From: Phoronis australis
Taxonomy: Eukaryota; Animalia; Phoronida
Length of the DNA: 64,000 nt
Direction of reading: 5' to 3'
Assembly (NCBI GenBank): GCA_002633005.1
Contig: NMRA01000537.1
Span: forward strand, 231,935-295,934
Position numbers and translations under genes: made by a program. Position 1 is the first letter of the stretch, and each line of letters starts with the position of its first letter. Shown piece by piece: positions 21,801 to 36,800 of this stretch. The notes beneath the pieces were generated by a model. That model had not been told where the DNA came from, searched no databases, and saw only the letters and a list, made by a program, of their open reading frames with translations.

Positions 21801-24800
21801 TTATATACAACCATAAAAACATTCCAAAGTGTTCACAACATTTAAAGCAATAATGATTTAACAATTTAAGTTTGTTGCGATTTATGAGTGTTTTCACCTG
21901 CCACCAAGTTTCTTCTGAAACAAAAACCTCAAAACTTTGCATATTGGCAATCTTAGTTTCACTGCCATTATCACCTTCTTGCAGCCAACATGTGGCTCCC
22001 TCTGTCAACAAAACAAATGAAAGCGCTCTGAGGAGCGAAACTTGGCGAAATTAACCAAAAAAGATGACGATAAAGACGATGATGAAGATGACGAATATGA
22101 CGACGATGGTGGCGAGGATGAACAAAAGAAGTAATAATAACATACACATGACGAACGTAGAAGTCCGAAATCAGTAAGAAAAAGGCTACAGTCTTGAGTG
22201 ACACTTGGCGAAATTATCGGAAAAGACAACGACGGAGATGATGACGAAGATGACGATGATGGTGGTGGCGATGATGAACAACATCTCAACATTCATATGA
22301 CGAACTTAGATGTCATAAATAAATAAGAAATAGGCTACAGCCTAGTACAATAGAAGATAAACTAACACCAATGCAGCAAGAGCGCTCAACAAAGGAACAG
22401 CGTTATCAGAAAATCTCAAATAACTCGAAAAGTAGACGTCCTAGCGAAAAATGGAAACCATCTTCTGAAAGCCCGTTCAAAATTCTATCTAAACTGATGG
22501 TATCGCCTAATTCCGTAATTTTTTCGAAAAAAATGAAATTTTGCGTTTTTTTAAAGAAATTCAAAGTCAAATAACTCGAAAACGGTAAGTCTGAGAAAAA
22601 AAATGTTACAGGCCATTTGAAAGATTATACTTCAAAGAATCCACATACAAAAAATCACGTCTTTTTCTCTTCCCGTTTAAAATCGCACTCCAGCACGACT
22701 GAAAATGGGTCAACATGCGCCAGATACGCCATCTTTTAAGCAACTTCCGGTTTTTTGTGTCAGTATAATAGCATGTCATAAAAAATAGAACCTGTAAAAA
22801 TTCGAAGGAATTGGTCTGACAATGCGCCCTCTACAGGAAAAAACGTTTCAGGCCAAAATCGAGGTGCGCATGCGCGATCGCCGATATTTCTGCCATGTTT
22901 AACCGGAAGTAAACAATTTAAGGTATACCTGTAAAAAACTTCCGGTCCATTTACTGTGCCGATTCTTAGCCTTTTACGTAAAAAATTGTAGCCTCCAGAA
23001 GCATTTGAACCTTTAAATGAAAACAAAATGGCCGCCACAGCTGCCATCTTGGATCCGATTTTGACGAAAAACAATAGGCTTCCAGTACTTCCGAAAGTAC
23101 GTGTTATGTGTAAATTTCGTGATGATCGGACGAAAATTGCGACCTGTATCGTGCGAACAAACAAAAAAAAAACAAACTTAGTGGAAGAGCAACATACTTG
23201 GCGAAATTTATTTCGCCAAGTAATAACCCATTGCCACACTCCTCTCACATTCCTCTGTTGTATTCATTCTTTGTAAATAGGAGAAGGCATGTCATTTGGC
23301 ATCACTACTGTCTGAATCACAATACTTGCACCAAAAGTGATGTCAGTGACATTCCACCAACAATATCCCCAAGTCTTTACAACACAAATTTTTTATGTCA
23401 CTTTCATTTCACGGACATCACTCCCTCATCTTCACCACATAAAAGATGTCACTTGTATTATTCCAAACACTCCATACCACCTATCCTGCTGAACTCATCC
23501 CTACCTCTCCATATCTCAAACCACATCCAATTTTGTTAATATTATTACCTCCATTCCACTTCCACATTTTACTGATACCCCTTTCTCCTCCCCACAATAC
23601 AAATATGTCAGTCAACAGTGACAGACAGTCTGAAGCCTTTTCATCTTCACACCCACCTCCTCTAGCATGACCAGCACTCCCAGTCTCCCCTCTGCCTGTC
23701 TGATAGAATAACACAATGTCACTTCACACTAGATGACAATACTCTCTATTATCCAACACACACGAAAATGTCACTTACTTGCCATCGACAGCGTCAAACA
23801 CCTTCACGTCAATCCCCAGCTCTTGTAACATGGCCAACATTAGCCGCCTCCTCTCAGGGCGTCGTACCAGGTTGATCATGTACACCTACAAATGACAAGA
23901 ATGACGATATGTGAACACCATAGAGGCCATTTTGTGCAGAAATAACCTCTTAAATAATCTGTGTATAAGGTATGATACTCATTAAGTTACAAGCTATGTG
24001 AAAAATTAATTAATTTGCTCAAGGTCGGAGCTTGTCCTAAATTCTAGAAATGGCCAATAATGGCCACCGCAAATTCAAGAATCACCGGAAAGACAGCAAA
24101 ATTACCCACTCTGAAGATTGAAAGCACATTGTCCAAAACTGGAGAAAGGCGAGTGCTAAAACCACCCTTGTCCCAATTAAATCAAGAAAAATGAATTTTC
24201 CTAAAGTTTCCAAGTCCCAAATGCTACAGACTATCCAAATTGGATAACTTTTACCAAATAACACATCACAGAATGAAGAAAATAACAATAATGAAGTGGA
24301 AAACAAACCGACATACAATCTATCTCAAGTGGTGCTGCCATTACGAGGAAAATGAGACATGCACGTTTCATGACAAGAAATACCAACCTGATCAAAAGAC
24401 ATCTTGTCCTTCATGGGGTATTGCACTTTGACGTGAGGGGAGGCCAGCAGAGGCACACCTTGGCCAATGACTAGAAGGAGGCAGGGGATAATATGCATAT
24501 TGAGCTGTCAATCAACCATGTCATGAACTTTAAAGTTCTTAAAAGTCTATTGGTATTCAAATGGTTATGTAGAATTAGAAGCTAATTTGAATTTATCTCA
24601 GACACTCAAACACACAAGAAAATTTCATTTTGATTTTAATATGTTATAATCAATACCTGTAATGTCTTCTGCCTATTATTCAGCTCTAATTTTACTCATT
24701 GTCAATTTAATTTAAAAAAACATAACTTACGAAATTTGATGAAAGTTTTTATGAGAGATATTGCAGGACATTTAATCAGAATATTGAGATGATACCAACA

Positions 24801-27800
24801 GATACCTCTTTGTATTTCCAAGACCAGAAAATAAGCTGTCTGTTTGCAATTGAGACATTAGAGGACAGAGTGACATTTGAAAGCATAAATCCCACTACAT
24901 GAGACCACATATCCAGGTGCCAAACAAATAGGCAAAAATCAACCAAATATTTCTGGTAACAAGAAGACGTTATAACCTGTTAGTAGTGTTGAATGACACG
25001 AGAAGCAAGGCAATAAATAGCCAATCAGAATAAAGGACCAGCTCGCTACTCACTCCATGACTCGCCCTTCAGGAAGATGAATCGTTCGTTCTCGTTATAC
25101 AGCGTGTCTCCCTCACCATTTGGCTGCAGCATGTAGCCAAAGAACACCGTGTTCACAACATGCATCTGGACTCCTGGTGGTAGAGAGACAAGTGATCTGT
25201 AAACGGAGCTTGTGACCGACAAGCGTTCTGAAAGTCTGCGGACACTTTCTTGAAAAATCAAACGTTTTTTCGCAACATTTGTACACTTGTCACTACCAGT
25301 GCTTAAGACTCCACGAGGGATAATAAGTACTCCTCCAGGAAGTGACTTCATTTGTACATTTTAGCTCAAACTTAGTTGCCAATTTCAGTTGTCAGAGTCT
25401 AAATTACCTTAAGTCTTAAATTATCCATTCATGTTAGCTGGCCATAGGTGTCATAATTAAATATGAGAAAATATGAAGCAATTGAAATAATAAGTTATAA
25501 AATCAACATCGATATATCATCAAATAGGTCAAGACAGGAAGTAACATGGAAAGAAATTTCAAGTAACAACAAATCACACAAGGTGGCGCTAGTTAAAGTG
25601 CATGAGCACTAATGAAACCACATATAATTTCAGGAAAGGTGTCCTTATTAAGAACTTATGGTGCTTTCCCATCAGGGGAAATTCGGTTTACCGAAGCTTC
25701 GCCGAAAATTTGCCTGTCTTTCCGACTAGACAGCGATATCAAAGTTATCGCTACATGGTGATTCAGTCATTGGAGTAGACACCAGACAGCTCAGTTCATT
25801 CGTACTTTCACGAACATTGAGCGGTGGGTTCGAGGCTAACTGAAAATTGTTCTCCTGTCATTTATGAGTGTTTATGAAAATTATCAAATTCCTTCCTCCA
25901 TCAGATATGCTTTCTTTTATTTATTTAAGTCCATCTATCGAGATCACGTGGTCTACGCTACAATAACAAAGAACATGTTCTGCGAGTCTCACGTGATCGT
26001 ACATCATTGCCGCGAACTCTACCAATAGCTTCGACAAGCCTCGTTCTGATCGTTCCCACTACACCGAAGTTTCGGTGAGTAGCGAAGCTTCGCTTTTAAA
26101 TTTTACTATTTTCAGCAAAGTTTTGCTTGCAGATTAGCTACCGAAGTTAACCTTTTCCACTTACCGAAACTTCGGGAAAAACGAAGTTCCGCCTTTAATG
26201 GGAAAGAGAGGAAGAGATTATGATATCAAAGTTGAATAGAACCGTTGACCTTTGAACCACTAACCCCTGAACAACTGACCTTTTAAATTTTTCTCGTATC
26301 ACTTGACGACAGACCATCACATATAGTTGATGGTACCATCGATGACAGAATGAAACTTGGACTCAAAAGCAAACAAGATTCAATCACTTCGGAACTAAAG
26401 AAATTCCATCAGACAAAACATAACTTGAATTCTTTCTCACCAGCAAACTTTGCGTTCAACGCAAATACAATGATGTCATCGTACGGCCCGTCATATCCAT
26501 CCCGAGGTAGAAACTGCAGCCGCAGCGAGTCATCGTGACGAAGGTCGATGAGAAACGTCGAGTGAACCATGGGAACCGGAAAACAGCCTTTCTTCTGTCG
26601 GTCGATGATAGGGAAGTAATCGGGGGTTCGCTGGTAGAAGCCTCTCTCCGACATTCCGCACCAGAAGTTGGAGTAGGCCGAGGTAGTGTTGAGCATGGGC
26701 GCCACGATAGTTCTACAGGGGAGTTAATGTGACACGTGACTAATAGCTCAGCAAATGTACTTTACTAGCTTGTTTTTTAATACAATGAGCATTGAGCAAT
26801 CAACGACAAAAAGTCGAGAGTTTCCTTTTGCTCATATACCTCTAATGCCCCTGTAGAAAGAGTGACAGAATAGCTCTAGCCGAGATGTGTCTCAAAGCAG
26901 ACAAGTTTTTAATTAATACTATTAGAACTTTACAAAACACAACACATTGTAAGTGGAAAGAAATAGAGAAAAAAAAAACAACCACCCGGTCACATCAAAA
27001 TATAGTGCAATAAAAAAATAAATAATTACCAAATTAACTGAAGGCCCAAAGAGCGAAAATGGTACGCTGTCAACTTAGTAGACATTCAACTGATAATTCA
27101 TGCAATTTATTTGTTTCCTGTCATAGCGAAAGAATTGAAGAACAAACACAAGATTGTAAAAATCACAAAATTAACGCTACCAGAGATTGAAAACGTAATT
27201 GTCTCCCCTAAATCTCTACATTAAAGTGCAAGAGCAAGCGGTTTTGATGTCAAAAACTCTTTTCTTCAAAGACAATGTCATCACATTTTTATGTTAAGTT
27301 TACAACCACTATCACATGACGCTGAGACTGCAAGACTACTTCAATAGCTACACTGCTTTACGACAGACAAAATGACAACCAACCATTGAGCCGAATGTCA
27401 ACTACCAACCAGTGACCCCCACAACATAAACTGGAATTACAAAATTCATGTAAGTGTTCAGAAGCCGATGTCGATACTGTGGGGAGTTTGTGTGTTAAGT
27501 CTTGGTATAAACGCATTGAACTGGAACCAGAAGTCCAAAATGTAATAATTTTCTTAAGAAATTACTAATCTTCCAATACTTGACCCAAGTAAGCCAAACT
27601 TGTCACGGCAAAATTAAAACTCAACGCAGTGACGAGTCAAAACAGGTTGTGGAGACCCCTGTCACAGACTAGTAAAGTGTTCCCAAGACTATAAAACCCA
27701 GTCGGAATCAGGAACAAGTTGAGACCAATTTTAAAACAGTGTGTAGTCTAATTAACTAGCAATTTAGAAGTTCTAATTTTGATGATAAAGACAGGTGCAT

Positions 27801-30800
27801 TGGGACTTGGATCATTCTGCAACGGTATTAATTACTTTTCGGTGAACCCAACCGTGACGAGTTGTTATACAGCAGGACACGAGATGGTTTTAGGAATGAA
27901 ACATATATTGGGGTTATTGTCCAGAGCTATAAAACAGCAAAATTTGATGTTTTTTTGTCATTTCATTACAAAACAGCAGTTCGCGATGTTGTTTTTCAGT
28001 CCTAAGAAAGAATGGAATGAAATCGAGGTTGGTGACGACACTTAAAATACATGGCTACTTGCCACATTAGCTTTTAGTGTATTAATGAAGCCACAAGCTG
28101 ACTCTGACCTATATGATCCCAGATCTGTCTTGGAGCTGACCTCAAATCACAACATTATCGTCCACAGCGTCACTTAAAACCTGAATTGCTGGCGTGACAT
28201 TTACAAGACACCTTTGATATGGTGCAAAATAACATGATGCAATCTGGCTAGGTGCAAATACCCGTGAAAAACAGAATTTGACCCAGCAGCAGTTTCAAGG
28301 ATACATGCAAGATACACCTGATCATCTTGCGTTACGTCAAACGCCTATGTAGTCTAAATGCTAAGTGGTGTTAAAGGGAGACTGCTTTCACATTCGGATC
28401 AACTGTGACATTCCTCGTCACAATTGTTGAAAAGTTCACGTAAACTGGAACTGATCTAGACCTGGTGCAAGACTGTCGCGTAGGGTATCAATTAGCACCA
28501 TGTCAAGGTTACCGTCTGAACAGAGCATAACACTGAAATGTGCAAACTAATTAGAAATGGTGGGAAAAAGGTAACAAGAGGATAATGAAGAAATCTCACA
28601 GCTGCCTAATGTAGAGCAAGTTTATTGCTTTGCGCAAAAAGTGAGATTACACGAGATAACACCATGCATGACAACTGAAGCACGTGATTACATTAGGTTT
28701 ACTAGCAAGTGTCCGAAGAATAACAGAATAACAGAAACACAGAAATGTTTAAAAGCAGGGCTGGGAGAAATTTAAGAGAAAAGATAAATGTTAATGCTGG
28801 CTACTGACAGTTAAGGTTACTGTGAACGCTGGTTGGCTATGGCAACAGTCGTCATCACGACGGACCGCAGAGGTCGGTGCGATATTTAGTGTTGCCGTGA
28901 GAGTAACAACTCGTTCTAACCAGCAGACGACAGAGAAGGCAGGTCACAGTATTTTCATAACTCGCATAGAAATGAGGGATCATTAATTAAATCCCCATAT
29001 TGTGCATATACAGTTGTACTAAATGCAAGTAGAGAGAAAGGTAAAAATACCTAACAGAAACCTCACACCTTTACACAAACATATGGAAAAAATTCTCCAA
29101 TTTGGGACAGTCTCTAAAATTTGGAACACTGAAAACATTCAATTTTCATGATTCTAAAGATTGGGACATGGCTATTTTAGGCGTTCATTACATTTCTCCA
29201 ATATTTTAGCAACAAAGTCAATCAGATGAAACCGTAGAAAATAGCTGCCAGTGCAAAATTTGTCTTTCTCACAATTCTTGAATTTGGGACGGCCAATATT
29301 CCCTATTTCCAAATTTTGGTATGAGCTCTGACCATGAGCAAAATAATTAATTTTGTACCTTCCCAAACTGGACAATTTTTACCATAGTGAGTTAGGAGAG
29401 GTAAAGCAAATCACAAAGAACCTTTAACACTGATTTTTAGTCTAAACTCTAAAATCGGGTTAAAATTCAAATAACCTTCTCAAAGATGATGACTCATTTT
29501 ACTTACTTTTTAAGGGCCATTAAAAGTTGGAGTGTCTTTTGATTGAGCAAGAAATTGTCAACGTCTGTGTACTGAAACAACAACATACGATTGATGGTAG
29601 GGTACGCACCCGACAAAAGCAAATAACAAGACAAATATCTGGTTTCGTCGGCCAATGTTTTGAGATTGGAAACCGCTGCTGCAAAAAACCTCATTATGGT
29701 ACAATGCATAAAAGCGTCCATGACACCCCAACCAAATACAACTGCTGTTACCCTTGTAGATCAAATATATATACACTACTTGTATGTGTGTGTGTGTGTG
29801 CGTGTGCGTGTGCATGTCGAGTGCGTGTGCGTGAGTGCAGAACTATGTGTATTTGTATGAGTATATATTTGAGGACCAATCAGTACTAACAAAAAAATAA
29901 AGTACAAGCAACTGGTAGAAACTGTGCAATGATCGCACCTCTTAACGTCCAGACACAGTCCCGGACCAACAAACACCAGAAATGCCCAGACCCACCACCA
30001 TCTTAACCCGCACATGCGCACGGGGAAAAGCCTTCCTACACGATTACCAAACTCCTGTCCAGGAACACGATTCCATGGCAGCGCATCTGAATTCCTGCAG
30101 CTGAGCACTGGAGTTTTTAACCAAGGTAATGTGGTCAAGGAATTGTTTTCACCCCCTAAACAAAACGTTTTGCAGAAGAATGAGGTGAATTTTACTTTTA
30201 AATTAAAAACATTTTCTCCATGTCAGTAAACAGACAATGGACAGTCTGGGCAGTACAACCATAAAAAAATACAAGACAAAAATTCTCATTACAACTCACG
30301 AGTATGTAGTCGGCCCAAACATCCCTGGCATACTCAAGCGCTTGTTGCCTCAGCGACAACACATGGCCGATTCTTGAGTCACTCCATTCCACAATACTAG
30401 TTTCATCTTCATAACCAAACTCTAAAAGTATACAAGAGTTGCTCATTGAACAACACTTGCAAGAGTTAAAATAAATTTTCTAAATATTGAACAAAAAACT
30501 AATTTGTAGCAACCTCTTACAATCTACAATCATTCTAAAAAACAGACGATAGCTCACAAAATTATCCAGGGCTTTGAATGACCAATGACAAAAAACGCGG
30601 AAACTTTGAAACTTTTACGGCCCAAATCATGCCCGATAACCAGCCTTGAAATGGTCGATGTGAACCTTTCCCCGACAAAAATCGGGAGGACTAAAAAAAA
30701 AAAAACGTTACCACCATCAGTAGCATGAGTCTGCGTCCTTTTAACTCGCCCGTCCACTCCCAACCCACACATTTTTGGCTGCAGAGCGGTAGTATTTGTC

Positions 30801-33800
30801 GCCGCGCTTAACAATAACACGAGACGCCATTGAAAATCCCACCACGCTGTCCCAGATGCCCCGGCAATGTTGACAATTTACGTTCCTCCGAAACATAAAG
30901 AGCAGCTTCCGCTTTTCGAGGTGAACATCGTCTGCAACGCCGCGGTAAGAAAGGAATTTGCTGTGGAAATTTTATATCAAATCCGATTTTTTTTACGCGG
31001 AAATATTATAAAAAAAGCAGAAAGCACAGTTGAAAAAAGCGGAAATCCGCGTTTCCGCGGAAAATTCCAAGCCCTGATTATCATCAAACGTTTGGGGAAA
31101 GAAAGATGGAGGGCATGGAATAAACAAAAAATGGCAAACAATTTACAGAAAAAAGAAACAAAAAGACTTACTGACAGCAGACAAATAATAACCATATATC
31201 AAAAAAGCTTACCAAGAAATATTGCAGAGAAACGAATCAGTCGACATTTTTCAAATATCTGAAACACCAACTTTTGTAAAAAAATGTACTTAAAGTTGAA
31301 TCAAAAGATAAAACATCAAAATGTCAAACATGATAAGCGTACAACCTACGTTACCTTCAGGAGGGTCAGATGAATTATAAAGGTTCCAGTCCCGAGTTGA
31401 GTATTCATCGTCTGCTACAAAGTCGATGTTGTGGTAGCGCTCTCTAGTGTGCGTCAGCCACTCATGAATTATGCTGGTTGTGTTATCCGCATTGTGATCG
31501 CTTCGTATCCTGAAAATAATGGAGAATATTGAGCCCGAGTTTCCGAGGCATTTTTTTGCACCAAACTAATTTAGTGTTTCAAACATCATGATTAGCGTCC
31601 AGGGTCTGATTTTAGAACTCGAAATTGAACTCAAGAATATTTTTTGTTATTTCCTTTCTATTTTATAAAAACACAACTATAATTCTCTTTATTAGTACCT
31701 TCTGGTTTTCACGGATGACTGTCTAATCCTAGTTTGCACTCGATAACCCCAGCACTTGCCAAAACCTATAAGTTCAAACCCAAACTAGAAATTTTGAGTT
31801 TTTATTCAAAATCCTGAGCATTTACTGGAGTTTGTAGCTTAATTCTTGGGGTCAACAAGACTAAACACTTCATCTGCGTAAACCATAATATTCTCAAGCA
31901 TAGAATAACAGACATTTGTCTTTAGTTCGTATTAAAGCAGAACAGAAAATTTAAAATATAATAAGTGGAATTTTGAGTACAAAGATTAGATGCCAGGCCC
32001 AGTTACATAGAACTTAAAAACTGGATAACTGTCATTGTTTCATGACGTCAAAGTGGTGCAAAATAGGGCAGTTCTGTTGCCATTGTTCAGCATGAACTTT
32101 TGAGGAACGGGCTCAGTGATATAATAACAAAATGTTGTCACTAGATGGCGATAAAGTATTTCCTGTGCAAACGTGCAATGCCACCTATAGTTTACATGCA
32201 ACCTGGACGGATATTTTGAAGCAGTAGAATTTCCCAACATGTCTTAAACTTTTAAAAGTGGGATATTCAAATTAAAAATATAAACAATCTCACATTGCTA
32301 AATGTCCGTGAACAAAACAACATTTTGTCTTAGTTTCTCCACCAGTTTTGACTACCAAGATTTGAAATTGGGTCAAACAGACCTGAAACTTGCGCTCACG
32401 TAACGTCTTAAGTTAAGTCAAATAGCACCTGCTGCAGTAATTACTTGTATGCCTTAATTAAAAAAGTATAAAAGACTCGCTAGCAAGTTATGTGCCTGAA
32501 TGCTCTTACGAAAACGACAAAATCAAAGTTCCATTCTCATAGCATCATAAAAACACCTTCTCTAGGTAAAGTACATAGGCCTTCCCCGGCACTATGCACC
32601 CTTAATACAATGACAACGAAAATGACACCAAAACATAGAGCGAGACAAAGTAACAAATGAATGGTACACACGATACTTTAATTTCCGCTGTAACATAGTA
32701 ACAACCCAAGTCCAGGACTGTGCCACTGATTGCTTTCAAAACAAAAAAAATAATTGGACTTACCAGACAGTGTCAGAATGGTGCAAAATTCTATGGACCT
32801 GTTCGACCAGGATAAGTGAATTCAAATGTTGACCAAATATCCTCGCATGCCTCAAAAATCCAGAGATGTATTGTAGTACAAGAGTGAAACTGTACGCCAC
32901 TTAAATCAATCATCGAAATCGAATGTACAAAAAACACAACATGTGGTTCGATACCCAGATGGGGTTCCTGATTTTTCTGTCTTTATTTGATGTGTTTAAC
33001 TATTGGCCAACCTCAGCGTCTATATATTTTTCATAAAAATATGTAATGTTCGCTCTAGGTGAATTAGCAATCCATCAAAACAATTTTGAACAGAGTTCAT
33101 AATGTGAATTTATAGAGATACATAGTTATCAGCTGAATCCTGAGGCATCCAAGCCACTTAAAGAATAGATGTATTTGAATGCTCCTACCAGTAACAATGC
33201 AATTTAATATAATCTACTCCAAACAAAGTGTAGTTATATTCACTGATAACTTGAAGATGCCAAAAAATTCTGCAAACAGGTGACCTTTGCACTAATGACA
33301 TACCTCGCAGGCTCACCTAGCCCGCATCAGGCACTGTTATACCCCAGCACTACGTCACAATACTTACTGGACACGGTTCAGTGATTTGCAGTGGATGGTT
33401 TTTACCACAGAACTCATTCTTAAAAACATTTAGCAATTTTCAACCTACTTCATATTCACATCGTTGCTATATGTTGCGTTTCTAACTAATTTGACCTAGC
33501 AGACACAGAGATCATGAATTATCTTGCACTTTAAGGTAAGCACCCATTTTGCAGCTATTTAACCATTACGAACACTGCTAGACATACACCGTAAACCTTC
33601 GGGTTAGCACCCTGGGTGGTTAAACTGACAAACACAAAAAATCAGGATCATCACACACAGTCTAACTGTTGTGCATGAACTTGGAATCTTGCTTAATCTC
33701 AAGATCGCGTACGCGTGAACTTGGAATACGTGAGGAAACTCAACAAGTTCACTCAAATAATGGCGTTCACGTTGATAAAAATTTGCACTACACCGTATCA

Positions 33801-36800
33801 AATTACATGTTAATAAAAAAACGTACGTTTTAAACAACCTTTTTTCAACTATTGGCAATCTTGATTTATACAATTCACATATACCTCCGATTCTTCAACA
33901 CAAGTTACAGTAAAAGCCAGTAATTACAAAAATTCTTTGCACTGAACAAAAAATTTAACCTGTCTGCCCTAATGAATATTCAATTCCAAGTTCACATATA
34001 TGCGATCTCGAGATTAAGCAGGATTCCCAGTTCACGCATAGCATAACCGCAAGTTGCCTCAATGGTGTGAGCCCTTCTCAGCATAGACAGATCTGTTGGC
34101 TGAACACCAGACGTACACTCAGCTGTCATAAGACCTCCAGTGTCCTCCGCCACAACAGAAAATTCATATTCAATGGGAATCACAAAATTGATGAAAATGT
34201 ATGATCGTCCGTTCACTGTGAGGGTTTGTATGTAAACGTAACTGGTTTCATACATCCAAAAATTCGTCACTTTGGGACAATCTCAAAGATTTAAGACACC
34301 CACATCCAAGCAAAAATTGACCTATGTTCGTGATTCTAAAGATTAGGACATAGCACAATCTTTGAATTCATCATATTTTGGAAATATTAGACACTGCATT
34401 TTGTTTAAGACCAAAAACAGACTTGCCAGTTCATTTAATCATTGAAATTCACAAGTCCTCGTTATGTGTAACATCCACGTGAACGACCATTTATAGCAGA
34501 ACAAAATTCGTGAATTTGGAACGTTCAATGTTGCCTATTTCTAAAAATTGGTACAAGCTCCAACCTTGAGCAAAATAATTAATTTTCACTGTTCCAAATT
34601 GCAGAGCATCACGGTAGATTGCTGAAACTCAAACTTGAACCGAATCCGTTGCGGTAAAATTCGTGCGCCAACCCAGTACTGTGACAGGAGAGCACAGTCC
34701 TTCACGCATGACACACTTGGAATACATGGCAAACCTGTCTCCTGTTTAGATGACATGTGAACGAGGTTAATCGTTTTTACAGAGCCTTACAGACAGATTA
34801 ACTGGAATCAGATACAACGTGTGACCACATTTTGAGAACCAGTTTGATGCTCATTATTCAGTGGAGAAAACTGGTTCTCAAAATGCAGGCACCTTATATC
34901 CAACCTTTACCCTAAAAACATGCAGCCAATTTCCATAACCTTTCTACATAAGTTTGGGGAAATTACCATTTCCTCTGGATTTAGGGACGTGTCAAGATGA
35001 TATAATAAATACAAAACAAACTTATTCACTTAATTTTTGGTTTTTGTTTTTAAGAACTGAATTGTGTATCTGTTAATAACAAAAACATGTAAAACGAAAC
35101 AGGTGAATTCAAAAATTAAATATTTCATTTCAATTTTCATTTGGATTATACGACGGAGCTGCGGTGACTTGGCCAACATCTCAACACTCCAAAGTGATCA
35201 GAGACTTTGCAAAGTGTCGGCCATTGGACTGGGTCCAATTTGTTTTCAGAATGTCCAAATTATTTTACTTTAGTCCAGACATTTGCCCAATTGATTACTG
35301 AAAATAGTGTACGGTTGACAGAATTCTTTCCCTTTGGCCCTCATCTTTGTCCCGAACTTGGTAATTCAAGACAAATACCACTCTGTTTGGAAGTTGTTCG
35401 TCTTCTCTATCGTCCCCCCCCCCTGAGAGATTTTGACATTTCAGGACAGACATCCTTGACCTAGCAAAAATAGCAAAATCTCTGAAGTGAGTCCAAGCTC
35501 TACACTTGTTCAGTGGTTACAAAACCACCTGTTTAAGCCTACACCTAGCATCTACGTCTCAAACTTCAAACACAAGCAGTACCTAATCAGCTGGTTCTCA
35601 AATGATAAAAGGACACTCCAGCTGGTTCTCAAATGATGAAAGGTCACACTATGGCAATAAACCAGAACAGAACAATTGATATGAGGGTCTCTGTTGATGT
35701 ACAGTCTGTTCCACTTACAGATTTAGTGATGTTGGTAGATTTGGTAAAAATTCTCCAGTTTGGAAGTGAGAGATCAAAGTAGTACTTCAGTGGTGGATCT
35801 ACGTTTTCAGTAAAGGGGGGTTCAGGATTCCCGCAATGGTTGAATCCTACGCTTGGCGCCGAGCGGGGGGAGGTCGGGAGGTGGATTTCTGTCAGAGGTC
35901 ACTGTTGAAGTAGTGCGGTAGGTGAATATGGAAAAACATTATTACCTGGCCGAATAACACTTGATTGATTCAATACCTATGGGATAAAGCCTATTCCTAT
36001 TCTATGCTATCAGAAAAGNTAAGCCTACACCTAGCATCTGCGTCTCAAACTTCAAACACAAGCAGTACCTAATCAGCTGGTTCTCAAATGATAAAAGGAC
36101 ACACTATGGCAATAAACCAGTACACAACAATTGATATGAAGGTCTCTGGTGATGTACAGTCTGTTCCACTTACAGACTTAGTGATTTTGGTAGATTTGGT
36201 AAAAATTCTCCAGTTTGGAAGTGAGAAATCAAAGTAAAAGCTCAGTGACAGATCTACATTTTCAGTAAAGGGGGGTTTAGGATTCCGCAAAGGTTGAATC
36301 CTACGCTTGGCGCCGAGCGGGGGGAGGTCGGGAGGTGGATTTCTGTCAGAGGTCACTGTTGAAGTAGTGCGGTAGGTGAATATGGAAAACATTATTACCT
36401 GGCCGAATAACACTTGATTGATTCAATACCTATGGGATAAAGCCTATTCCTATTCTATGCTATCAGAAAAGCCTAACCTTCTTCAGCTTTGCAAAACAAA
36501 TGATTGGCGCAAAAATTCATGAAAGCATCATGCTCAAACAAGTGAACTATAATTGTTTATTTATAAATTACCATATAAGCAGAAAGGAAGATTAAGACAC
36601 CTAAGAATTTCAACTAGGTGAACAAACCTAGCGAGCTTGCATACATTTTCAAGTTTAGTCTACATGCCACCTGTTGGCCACATCACGATACCAGGCCAGT
36701 TTAAGATTTACCTACTCATAAACCTAGCAAAAACGAATAACTTTGTGGAACTAATCCTGGCAAAGTCGATGGACCTAAGAATTATCTAGCGGGTGCCCCA

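Noticed and set aside
21971-22292. His-rich and Ser-rich ORFs
   Set aside because: Translations of triplet microsatellites in a COLGALT intron.
22760-23276. 162-aa and 82-aa ORFs as a transposase or nested gene
   Set aside because: No transposase, Rep or helicase motifs; they lie inside a non-autonomous repeat.
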